DNA of 64,000 bases. It comes from Candidatus Latescibacterota bacterium (GTDB lineage Bacteria; Latescibacterota; UBA2968). How positions within the stretch are numbered: the stretch's first letter is position 1; each line of letters opens with the position of its first letter. The translations under genes were made by a program, and so were the position numbers. The notes below the pieces were generated by a model, which worked only from the letters and a program-made list of their open reading frames with translations, had not been told where the DNA came from and searched no databases. Positions 29,461 through 38,604 of the stretch are shown here, in pieces. The stretch lies in the NCBI GenBank assembly GCA_965208125.1, contig OZ242320.1, positions 5,408,001-5,472,000 on the forward strand. The letters run 5' to 3'.

Positions 29461-30513
29461 ATGGATAAACAAATTCCAAAGCGCGGGCTGTTGCAGCGCC
29501 TGAACGAAAGCGGTGTAATATGCGCCGAAGGGTATGTGTTTGAACTCGAACGCAGGGGATATCTCCAGGCAGGAGCTTATGTACCCGAAGTCGTCTTAGA
29601 ACACCCCGAAGCAGTCGCCGCTTTACACCGCGAATTTCTGCGGGCAGGCTCAGATGTTATCGAAGCCCTCACGTATTATGCCCACCGCGAAAAATTGCGT
29701 CTAATAGGCAAAGAAGAACTGCTCGAACCCCTTCAAAAAAATGCCTTATCAATCGCTCACGACATAGCGCGCGAAGCCACTGGAGAGCCACCCCTGGTCG
29801 CAGGTAATATTTGCAACACAAATATCTGGCATCCCGATGACAAAGCATCCGACGCGCTTGTTCGCGGCATGTTCGAAGAACAAATTAACTGGGCAGCCGA
29901 AGCAAATGTCGATTTTATAATCGCCGAAACCTTCTCCTTTTTTGGCGAAGCGCGAATCGCCCTCAAAGCCATCAAAGAAACTGGCCTGCCAGCCGTCGTC
30001 ACCCTCACCCCGCACAAGGAAGACGACCTCAGAGACGGGATCCCCCTCGAAGTCGCGGCCAGACAATTAGAGCAAGATGGTGCGACCGTCGTCGGTATTA
30101 ACTGCGCGCGAGGTCCTCAGACCATGATGCCCGCTGTCAAACGCATTCGACAGGCAGTTTCGTGCCATGTTGCAGCATTACCTGTCCCCTACCGCACCAC
30201 TGCTAATCATCCCACCATGCAGTCTCTCCGCGACCCGCGCTTGCCCGAAGACCGCCCCTTTCCCACCGCGCTTGATCCCTTTACCTGCAATCGATATGAA
30301 ATGGCAGAATTTGCCAGAGAGGCATACAACGCGGATATCCGCTACCTCGGCGTCTGCTGCGGTGGCGCGCCTCATCATGTTCGCGCCATAGCAGAAGCAC
30401 TCGGACGCACGCCAGAAGCCAGTCGCTATTCGCCAGACATGTCCAGGCACTATGCCTTCGGCACCCACAAAAGCCTGAAAAAATACAATCTGGACAACGC
30501 AAAAAATCTCTAA
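29461..30513 (+). CDS. Homocysteine S-methyltransferase family (BHMT-like)
   Basis: GY.FELERRGY, H.EF..AGSDV, GINC..GP, G.CCG Zn-ligand motifs. Confidence 0.9.
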   Translation: MDKQIPKRGLLQRLNESGVICAEGYVFELERRGYLQAGAYVPEVVLEHPEAVAALHREFLRAGSDVIEALTYYAHREKLRLIGKEELLEPLQKNALSIAHDIAREATGEPPLVAGNICNTNIWHPDDKASDALVRGMFEEQINWAAEANVDFIIAETFSFFGEARIALKAIKETGLPAVVTLTPHKEDDLRDGIPLEVAARQLEQDGATVVGINCARGPQTMMPAVKRIRQAVSCHVAALPVPYRTTANHPTMQSLRDPRLPEDRPFPTALDPFTCNRYEMAEFAREAYNADIRYLGVCCGGAPHHVRAIAEALGRTPEASRYSPDMSRHYAFGTHKSLKKYNLDNAKNL

Positions 30514-30522
30514 TACAAGACC

Positions 30523-31695
30523 ATGAAAACAGATTACGAATACATCGTCCTCGGTTGTGGGGGCATCGGCAGTGCAACAGCGTATTGGCTCTCGCGCCGA
30601 AAAAGCAAAGACGTCCTGGGCATAGAACAATTTGAACACGGTCATCACCACGGCGGCTCTCAGGATCACTCGCGCATCATCCGCCTGACCTATTACTACC
30701 CCCAATATATCCGCCTGGCACCAGCCTCGTACACCGCCTGGCATACGCTCGAAGAAGAATCCGGCGTCCAGATGGTCTTCAAAACGGGCAGCATCCAATT
30801 TTCACCAGTCGATCATCCCTACCGATATGAAATCGACAAATACACGGGCGCAATGGATGAAATAGGCGTTCCCTACGACCGCGTTGACACCGATGAAATC
30901 GCGAAACGCTTTCCGCAATTCCATCTAAAATACGAAGTCGATGGCATCTACCAGGCCGATACCGGATTGGTAGATGCAAGTCGGGGAAATGCCACCCATG
31001 TAGCCATGGCGCGTTATCGCGGTGCCACCATGTTGGACAACTGTGAAGCCACGCACATTCGCCCGACCAACACCGGCGTCACAATCGAAACCAAACAGGG
31101 CAACTTCTCATGCCGCAAACTCATCGTCACAGCAGGTGCCTGGACAGATCGCCTGCTCGCCAGCGTGAACGTGAATCTTTCTCTCACCGTAACCCAGGAA
31201 CAAGTCACATACTATGCCACGCCAAACCTGCCGGACTTTGCCATTGGGAAATTCCCCATATTCATCTCTCATGCCGACGAATCCATCTACGGATTCCCCA
31301 TCTATGGCGAAGTCGCCACCAAAGTCGGCATTGACGCATCCGGTCCTGCAGTAACAACCGATACGCGCACCTATCAATCCGACGCCGAACGCGAACGTTA
31401 CCAGGAAGCCTGGCTCAAAGAAAACATCCCCGGATTTCTCGGCCCAAAGCTCTATACCAAAACCTGTCTTTACACAATGCCCAAAGACCGCCATTTCGTA
31501 ATCGATACACTCCCCGAGCATCCCCAGATCATCGTCTGCGTAGGCGCCGGGCACGCGTACAAATTCTCTGGTATCCTGGGCAAAATCCTCAGCGAACTCG
31601 CCATTGATGGGCACACGGATTATCCAATAGAACCATTCGCACTACAACGCGACGCCATCACCGACCCCAATTTTAAACCCGTCTTCCGAATGTGA
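30523..31695 (+). CDS. solA: N-methyl-amino-acid oxidase (SolA/monomeric sarcosine oxidase family)
   Basis: G.GGIG, H..G.S....RIIR, AGAW, CLYT...D..F..D, GH.YKF....G. Confidence 0.8.
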   Translation: MKTDYEYIVLGCGGIGSATAYWLSRRKSKDVLGIEQFEHGHHHGGSQDHSRIIRLTYYYPQYIRLAPASYTAWHTLEEESGVQMVFKTGSIQFSPVDHPYRYEIDKYTGAMDEIGVPYDRVDTDEIAKRFPQFHLKYEVDGIYQADTGLVDASRGNATHVAMARYRGATMLDNCEATHIRPTNTGVTIETKQGNFSCRKLIVTAGAWTDRLLASVNVNLSLTVTQEQVTYYATPNLPDFAIGKFPIFISHADESIYGFPIYGEVATKVGIDASGPAVTTDTRTYQSDAERERYQEAWLKENIPGFLGPKLYTKTCLYTMPKDRHFVIDTLPEHPQIIVCVGAGHAYKFSGILGKILSELAIDGHTDYPIEPFALQRDAITDPNFKPVFRM

Positions 31696-31696
31696 T

Positions 31697-32425
31697 ATGC
31701 CTGATATCCTGCGTCTAAACATGTGGAGTGGTCCCCGCAATGTCTCAACCGCCCTCATGTACTCATTCGCACAGCGGTCAGACACCCGCGTAATTGACGA
31801 ACCTCTCTACGGCCACTATCTGCGCGTGTCTGCTGCCACACACCCTGGCGCAAACGAAGTCATGGCAGCAATGGAATGCAATGGCGAAACCGTCATTCGC
31901 GATATCATTCTCGGCCCCTGTGATCGCCCCGTGCTCTTTATGAAACAGATGGCTCATCACCTCGTCGAAATCAGCCGCGACTTTTTCGTACACACCCACA
32001 ATGTCCTGCTCACGCGCGACCCCATTGACATGCTGCCCTCGCTCGTCAACCAACTCAAAATCCCTACCCTGCGCGACACGGGCTACAAAATGCAAGCCCA
32101 GCTTCTGCGCGAGTTTCACGCCACAGGTCAAAAATACCCCGTACTCGATTCTCGTGAACTCCTCAAAAATCCACGGCATGTCCTCACAAAACTCTGCGAC
32201 GCCCTGAACATACCCTTTGCCCCCGCAATGCTCACCTGGAAAGCCGGACCTCGCCCCGAAGACGGAATATGGGCAAAACACTGGTATCACAACGTCCACA
32301 AATCCACCGGTTTTCAACCCTATCGTCCCAAAACCGAACCCTTTCCCGATCATTTGCGCCCGCTCCTCAAAAAATGCCAACCCTATTACGACCAGCTTTA
32401 TGCTCATGCCATCAAAGCTGAGTAA
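31697..32425 (+). CDS. Sulfotransferase-like P-loop protein (BCAT-like-associated)
   Basis: MWSGPRNVSTALMYSFAQR, DEP.Y, KQM..H, W..GP...DG.WA.HWY..V..STGF. Confidence 0.8.
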   Translation: MPDILRLNMWSGPRNVSTALMYSFAQRSDTRVIDEPLYGHYLRVSAATHPGANEVMAAMECNGETVIRDIILGPCDRPVLFMKQMAHHLVEISRDFFVHTHNVLLTRDPIDMLPSLVNQLKIPTLRDTGYKMQAQLLREFHATGQKYPVLDSRELLKNPRHVLTKLCDALNIPFAPAMLTWKAGPRPEDGIWAKHWYHNVHKSTGFQPYRPKTEPFPDHLRPLLKKCQPYYDQLYAHAIKAE

Positions 32426-32435
32426 CGGAGTACCC

Positions 32436-33338
32436 GTGTCTATCCAATTACCCGACCCTCGAAACGAAAACATCCTCATCCACGTCGGCGGTGAACTGCT
32501 CCCGCGCGAAGACGCCAAAATATCCGTCTTTGACAGCGCGGTCCAGGGCGGCGATGCCGTATGGGAGGGCCTGCGTGTTTACAACGGCAAAATCTTCCAA
32601 CTCGACGCGCACCTCGACCGCCTCTTCGACTCTGCCAAAGCCATGGCCTTTGCGGATATCCCCTCTCGTGAAACGATCAAAACCGCCATCTTTGAAACCC
32701 TCAAAGCCAACAACATGCGCGATGAAGTGCATATCCGACTCACACTCACGCGCGGGAAAAAAACCTCATCGGGCATGAGTCCGCACTTTAATCAATACGG
32801 CTCCTGCCTCATTGTGCTACCTGAATGGAAACCCCCTGTTTATTCCTCAGAAGGCATCCGCCTGATCACCGCCTCTGTTCGCCGCAATCCGCCCATGTGC
32901 ATCGACTCCAAAATCCATCACAACAATCTGATTAACAACATCCTCGCCAAAATCGAAGCCAATGTCGCAGGCGTTGATGACGCGATCATGCTCGACATCT
33001 TCGGCTATGTTTCCGAAACCAATGCTACCAATATCTTCATCATCAAAAAAGGGGCACTTATCACGCCCCATGCGGATTCCTGCCTCCCCGGCATTACAAG
33101 AGGTATTGTAATCGATCTCGCGCGCGACCTGGGCATCGAAGTTACCGAACGCAACCTATCGCTTACCGAAGTCTATACCGCAGACGAGGGCTTCACCACG
33201 GGTACCATGGGCGAACTCTCACCCATTCTCGAAGTAGATGGCCGCACCATCGGCAACGGCAAACCCGGTCCCATCACCAATCACCTGCGCGAACAATACG
33301 CCCAACACACTGCCGAACACGGCGAGCCCATTCCTTAG
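32436..33338 (+). CDS. Aminotransferase class IV (BCAT-like)
   Basis: GD.VWEGLR, HLDRL, E....N.F, LPGITR, ADE.F.TGT. GTG start after GGAG. Confidence 0.92.
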   Translation: MSIQLPDPRNENILIHVGGELLPREDAKISVFDSAVQGGDAVWEGLRVYNGKIFQLDAHLDRLFDSAKAMAFADIPSRETIKTAIFETLKANNMRDEVHIRLTLTRGKKTSSGMSPHFNQYGSCLIVLPEWKPPVYSSEGIRLITASVRRNPPMCIDSKIHHNNLINNILAKIEANVAGVDDAIMLDIFGYVSETNATNIFIIKKGALITPHADSCLPGITRGIVIDLARDLGIEVTERNLSLTEVYTADEGFTTGTMGELSPILEVDGRTIGNGKPGPITNHLREQYAQHTAEHGEPIP

Positions 33339-33349
33339 TCCTCAGACCC

Positions 33350-33390
33350 AAAAATAAAAAACCGACGCACAAACGTCGGCTTTTATTTTT
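33350..33390. terminator. Bidirectional terminator hairpin (repeat family copy 1)
   Basis: AAAAATAAAAACCGACG-cacaaa-CGTCGGCTTTTATTTTT between convergent genes. Confidence 0.85.
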
Positions 33391-33406
33391 CTCCTCGACA
33401 GCAACC

Positions 33407-34228
33407 TCAACCATGGAAAACCTGCACCTGATCGGACGCTTTTTCCGACACAGTCGCGGGGTCGAGCGCGCCTTCTCCAAAGAGTCGAGGAAAAGTCTGC
33501 CCAGTCTTCAAGGAACGTGTTCGCGCATCCATATAAGTAGCGCTAAAAGCCCTCCGGGGCGATGGGGTCGAATTGAGAGCCGAACGGTGGAGCAAAAAAT
33601 TGTGCAGCAAAACAGCCTCCCCTGCCTCGGTCTCCAGATCGATCACATCCTCGGGCCTGGCGTACCTGGCCTGATCCTCTTCAGAAGTATAGTGCCGCTC
33701 ATTGAGAATACCCAGATTATTGCTACCCGGCACAATCTGCATACAGCCGCTGGCAACAGTGGCAGCGTCCAGCCCCGTCCACACCGTGATAATCGGATTG
33801 GTATCAATCCCCCAACCCACGCCGATATCCTGATGCCAGGGCAAAATCGTACCACTCTCAGCGGGTTTGTTCATAAACATAGAGCGAAAAACCGAAACAT
33901 TTTCGCCGATATAGCGACGGGTAATCTGACGGATAAGGGGATGCTGCATATAGGTGAGAAAAAGGGGATCCTGTTCCAGATCATCAATACGTCGATAATG
34001 GAGCGTCGGCTCCTGATTCCCCAGGATGCGATCCATTCTGACATCCGGCGTTTTGGGATTGAGTTGAAAGCGCATATTTTCGTAGCGGACATGCCCCAGC
34101 ATAATATCGTCAATGCGCTGCTGCAGTGCAGCGAGTTCTCCAGGCGACAAGAGATGCCCCAGGCGCAGATATCCTTCAGCCATAAATTGTTCGTGGTGCG
34201 AGTCGTCAAACGAAGTGAGAGGATGCAC
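33407..34228 (-). CDS. PhyH family dioxygenase
   Basis: EGY, WHQD, W..LD.A....GC...PGS, LLHRS..N. GTG start after AGGAGG. Confidence 0.9.
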   Translation of the reverse strand: MHPLTSFDDSHHEQFMAEGYLRLGHLLSPGELAALQQRIDDIMLGHVRYENMRFQLNPKTPDVRMDRILGNQEPTLHYRRIDDLEQDPLFLTYMQHPLIRQITRRYIGENVSVFRSMFMNKPAESGTILPWHQDIGVGWGIDTNPIITVWTGLDAATVASGCMQIVPGSNNLGILNERHYTSEEDQARYARPEDVIDLETEAGEAVLLHNFLLHRSALNSTPSPRRAFSATYMDARTRSLKTGQTFPRLFGEGALDPATVSEKASDQVQVFHG

Positions 34229-34339
34229 GGTGTGACCTCCTCGAAAATTGAACAACATTTGTGTGGATTGACTTCCAAACTATCACCGGGACTCGCCAGA
34301 AGCAACTGAAAAACGCCCACTTCCGCGAAACGACCATGC

Positions 34340-34368
34340 TTGACAGATAATAAATCCCTATATATGAT
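34340..34368 (+). promoter_or_regulatory. sigma70-like promoter
   Basis: TTGACA-N17-TATGAT upstream of 34412. Confidence 0.7.
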
Positions 34369-34411
34369 GCCTGATACAGCAAATCGCCAAACACCAGAAA
34401 GGTAGAAAGCC

Positions 34412-35788
34412 ATGAGCAATGTACGAGAATTTGGAGCCAGAGGGGATGGGATCTCAGACGATACCAAAGCGATTGAGGACGCGCTGGCAAAAGGAGATGG
34501 AACCCTACAATTTCCAAAAGGCGACTATCTCATTACGCACTCCATCAACGTAAACTTAGCCGACAGCGGACGGGTAAGCATAGATGGATCGGGAGGCGCG
34601 GCAAAAATCCTCATGAGGGGCGCAGGACCGGCCTTTCACATCATGGGAACACATGTGCGCTCCGCCGATCCTAAAACTTTTGAACCTCGCGTTTGGACCC
34701 ATGAAAGAATGCCCACAATATCGAATCTGGAGATTGAAGGCAAACACCCCGAAGCAGATGGCTTCTTGCTAACAGGCACCATGCAGGCGACCTTTGAAGG
34801 CGTACTCTTGCGGAAGCTAAACCACGCCATCCACATACGCGACCGCGCCCGAAATGTCCTTATCTCCCACTGTCATATGCATGACAACCGCGGCGCAGGC
34901 ATCTTCCTCGATCATGTAGATCTACATCAAATCATCGTAACCGGTTCCCACATAAGCTATTGCAAACGCGGAGGCATCAAAATCATCGGCTCGCAAATCC
35001 GCAACTTGCAAATCACTGGCAACGACATCGAATACAACTTCGACGCAAATGCGGACCGATCCGCAGACATCTGGATCGACACCAGCGACGGATCCGCCTC
35101 AGTCCGCGAGGGCACCATATCGGGCAACACCATCCAAGCAAAATCTTCGCCTGGCGGCGCGAATATATTGATGATCGGCCACTCTCCCCAGGCGAATAAC
35201 AAAGTAGGCATGTTCACCATCGCGGGCAATTTGATCGGCACACAGGAAAACAACATCCACCTCATCGCAGTTAGGGGAATCGCCATCACGGGAAATGCGA
35301 TCTACAACGGATTCAACCAAAACCTGCTGGTGGAACACGCGCAAAATATCGTAGTCGGCAGCAACAGCTTTGACCACAATCCCGATTACGGTCCCTCGCG
35401 CTGCACTGGCATCCAATTTATAAACAGTACAGACAGTATCCTGAGCGGATCAACGCTTCAGGAGTTCAAAGGTTTTCAGGATGAAGACGACGATCGTCAG
35501 GGCCTGTTGGAAATCATCCGTTGCGCCCGACTCACCGTAAACGGCTGCCAGATACTGGACGGCTATCCCAGCGCGATATACGTAACCGACTCCGACGACA
35601 TAAGCGTCACCGGATGTACGCTACTGGAAAGGCGTACAGAAAAAGAAACGGTTTCAATGATTTGCTGGAACGGCACAGGCACAGGCAATTTGTTGAGCAA
35701 CAACCGAATCGGAAACGGCACCGCAGGTGCATTATCCATAGAGGAAACTGCTGGCGTTCAAATCAGCCATAACCGGCTGGACGACTAA
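34412..35788 (+). CDS. Right-handed parallel beta-helix protein (pectate-lyase superfamily)
   Basis: NVREFGA.GDG..DDT.AI..A, FP.G.Y, repeated I.GN.I. Confidence 0.85.
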   Translation: MSNVREFGARGDGISDDTKAIEDALAKGDGTLQFPKGDYLITHSINVNLADSGRVSIDGSGGAAKILMRGAGPAFHIMGTHVRSADPKTFEPRVWTHERMPTISNLEIEGKHPEADGFLLTGTMQATFEGVLLRKLNHAIHIRDRARNVLISHCHMHDNRGAGIFLDHVDLHQIIVTGSHISYCKRGGIKIIGSQIRNLQITGNDIEYNFDANADRSADIWIDTSDGSASVREGTISGNTIQAKSSPGGANILMIGHSPQANNKVGMFTIAGNLIGTQENNIHLIAVRGIAITGNAIYNGFNQNLLVEHAQNIVVGSNSFDHNPDYGPSRCTGIQFINSTDSILSGSTLQEFKGFQDEDDDRQGLLEIIRCARLTVNGCQILDGYPSAIYVTDSDDISVTGCTLLERRTEKETVSMICWNGTGTGNLLSNNRIGNGTAGALSIEETAGVQISHNRLDD

Positions 35789-35798
35789 GGAGGTAAAT

Positions 35799-36923
35799 TT
35801 GTCTTTAAAACCCGACCACTCAAAAGTACCTGGCGTCGTAATTGATCACATACCCGCCAGTACAAAACAATACGTGGGTAGCCCGAGCATCGTCATCATG
35901 CCCAACGGCGATTATGTCACATCCCATGATTTTTTTGGACCGGGCACAAATTACAATCGCATGGCCGTATTTCATTCGCGCGACAAAGGCGAAACCTGGA
36001 CTCAGATATCCGAACTGATCGGCCAGTGGTGGTCCAATCTTTTTTTACACAAAGGCGACCTCTACCTGCTCGGCACGAGTTGTCAATATGGCTATGCCGT
36101 AATTCGGCGATCAACGGACGGAGGTGAAACATGGACCGAGTCAAAAGACAAACACACCGGACAAATCTCTACTGAGGATCGCTATCACTGTGCCCCAATG
36201 CCAGTCGTCGCTCACAATGGATATCTCTGGCGTGCATTTGAATTGGCACATGGTCCGCGAGAAGAGTGGAAAGCACTGGTTCTTTCCGTACCCGAAGATG
36301 CAGATCTGCTTCAAGCTGAGAACTGGCGATTTAGCAAAGCATATCAACACCTCTGGTCAAGTTCACAGTGGATTGAAGGCAATATTGTGATCACGCCTGA
36401 TAATAAACTGATAAACATCTTGCGTTCAAATTTACGAAATGTCTCTCCCGAAGAGATACAGGCGCAAAGCGATAAAGCGGCTATTTTGCATATCTCAGAA
36501 GATGGCAAAACATTGACACACGATTGGGATAGAGACCTGATCGATTTTCCGGGTGGCGGTGTAAAATTCACAATTCGATTTGACGATCAAACACAGTGCT
36601 ATTGGTCGCTGGGATGCAAACAAGCCGATCCGCCGGCAAAACGAAACACACTGGTCCTGACATCGTCTGCAAATTTGCAAACCTGGCGAGTCGAATCCGT
36701 GACCCTGCACCATCCCGATCCAGAGAAACACGCATTTCAATACGTTGACTGGCAATTTGAAGGAACCGATATAGTCGTGGCATCGCGCACAGCCTATGAC
36801 GATGGCCTGGGAGGCGCACACAACGCGCATGATGCGAATTATTTGACATTTCACCGAATTGAAAATTTCAGAGATCGAACAATAGACGCCCCACCCTTAA
36901 ATGAGATTGATCCATCTGATTAA
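35799..36923 (+). CDS. Sialidase-like/BNR-repeat glycoside hydrolase
   Basis: Asp-boxes SRDKGETW and STDGGETW, plus W.EGN and FQYVDW. Confidence 0.75.
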   Translation: MSLKPDHSKVPGVVIDHIPASTKQYVGSPSIVIMPNGDYVTSHDFFGPGTNYNRMAVFHSRDKGETWTQISELIGQWWSNLFLHKGDLYLLGTSCQYGYAVIRRSTDGGETWTESKDKHTGQISTEDRYHCAPMPVVAHNGYLWRAFELAHGPREEWKALVLSVPEDADLLQAENWRFSKAYQHLWSSSQWIEGNIVITPDNKLINILRSNLRNVSPEEIQAQSDKAAILHISEDGKTLTHDWDRDLIDFPGGGVKFTIRFDDQTQCYWSLGCKQADPPAKRNTLVLTSSANLQTWRVESVTLHHPDPEKHAFQYVDWQFEGTDIVVASRTAYDDGLGGAHNAHDANYLTFHRIENFRDRTIDAPPLNEIDPSD

Positions 36924-36947
36924 AGAGCAGGACTCGAGGAGAATATA

Positions 36948-38591
36948 ATGAAAGCAATTCAGAACCTTCAGCCAGACAGGATATTTTACAATGGCAACTT
37001 GATCACCATGGCCGACCGCGGCGGGACTGCGGTCGGCGTATTGAATGGGTCTATATGCGCTGTGGGATCCGATCAGGAAATTATCGGGCTTGCAGGCCCC
37101 GACACCGAGCGCACTGACCTGGCGAAAAAAACTATGCTACCCGGGTTTTACGACACACATGGACACTTCCCGAGCGCGGGCCTCGTGGCTGTTTCCTCTG
37201 TAAATTGCAATTCTCCGCCAATGGGACCCGTAGAAAAAATCGATGATATCGTACAGCTATTGGCAGAGCGGGCCAAAGACGTACCAGAGGACCAGTGGGT
37301 ATTGGGCAGAGGCTACGACGATACCCTGCTGGCAGAAAAACGGCACCCGACCCGAACAGACCTGGATCGAGCTTCGCAGACCCACCCGATATGCATCGTC
37401 CATACCTCGGGCCATTTTGCATCGGCAAATACACGCGCTCTGGAACGCGCCGGAATCCATTCCGATACGCCCAATCCAACGGGCGGCGTGATTCGCAAAG
37501 ACCTCATCACGGGAGAACCGGACGGTGTTTTGGAAGAAACAGCAATGCGCCCGGTGAGAAATTTGATTCCACCATTGAACGAAGCCCAGTGGCTTGAGGG
37601 ATTGGAGATCGCAGTAGAAGAATATGTCCGTGAGGGCGTAACCTCAATAGTAATCGCTGGCTGCAACCGCCGCGACATTGCCCGACTGCAAACCGCTATC
37701 GACAGCGGCAAGCTCCCATTGCGCGTAGTTTGCATGACCGGAAAAAGCAAGCCAGGGCAACCGTCGATTCTGGAGACGAGTGGATTAAAAACGGGTTTTG
37801 GAACGGACCGCTTGCGATTGGGAGCGGTAAAAATGTTTCAGGATGGATCCATCCAGGGCTATACGGGGTATCTGAGCAAACCCTATCACCAGCCATTTAT
37901 GGGCGATACCCAGTATCGCGGCTATCCGATGCGTAGTCGAGAAGCATTGGTAGAGATGGTGGATGAAGCTCATCAAGCCGGTAAACAGATAGCGATACAC
38001 GGCAATGGAGACGCGGCAATCGACGATATTTTATCCGCTTATGAACAGGCGCAACAAAAAACGCCTCGAACAGATACGCGACATCGCATTGAACACTGTC
38101 AAACCGTGAGAGAAGATCAACTCGATAAAATGCAGACACTGGGCGTGACACCTTCTTTTTTTGTTCAGCACACCTATTACTGGGGCGACCGCCACGAAGC
38201 GATTTTCTTAGGACCAGAGCGGGCGCATCGCATCAGCCCATTGAAATCGGCATCCGATCGGGGGATTCGCTATACCATCCACAACGACTCGCCAGTAACC
38301 CCGACAAAATCGCTCTTTTCCGTCTGGTCCGCAGTGAACCGTCTCTCGCGCAGTGGGCAGTGCATGGGCGAAGCACAGCGAATAGGTCTGCAACAGGCAT
38401 TTCGGGCAATCACAATTGACGCCGCCTGGCAAAATTTTGAAGAAGCTACAAAAGGGTCCATTGAAGTAGGCAAGATGGCGGACTTTGTGGTCTTAGAATC
38501 GGATCCATTTGCAGGGGATACCCTGGATGTAAAAGATATTGCAGTGCAGGAAACAATTGTGGGAGGCAAAACAGTATATCGCAAAACGTGA
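36948..38591 (+). CDS. Amidohydrolase (YtcJ-like, Amidohydro_3)
   Basis: PGF.D.HGH, K.F.DGS, H..GD.A, RHRIEH, GS.E.GK.ADFVVL. Confidence 0.92.
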   Translation: MKAIQNLQPDRIFYNGNLITMADRGGTAVGVLNGSICAVGSDQEIIGLAGPDTERTDLAKKTMLPGFYDTHGHFPSAGLVAVSSVNCNSPPMGPVEKIDDIVQLLAERAKDVPEDQWVLGRGYDDTLLAEKRHPTRTDLDRASQTHPICIVHTSGHFASANTRALERAGIHSDTPNPTGGVIRKDLITGEPDGVLEETAMRPVRNLIPPLNEAQWLEGLEIAVEEYVREGVTSIVIAGCNRRDIARLQTAIDSGKLPLRVVCMTGKSKPGQPSILETSGLKTGFGTDRLRLGAVKMFQDGSIQGYTGYLSKPYHQPFMGDTQYRGYPMRSREALVEMVDEAHQAGKQIAIHGNGDAAIDDILSAYEQAQQKTPRTDTRHRIEHCQTVREDQLDKMQTLGVTPSFFVQHTYYWGDRHEAIFLGPERAHRISPLKSASDRGIRYTIHNDSPVTPTKSLFSVWSAVNRLSRSGQCMGEAQRIGLQQAFRAITIDAAWQNFEEATKGSIEVGKMADFVVLESDPFAGDTLDVKDIAVQETIVGGKTVYRKT

Positions 38592-38604
38592 GCACAAGAC
38601 ACGC

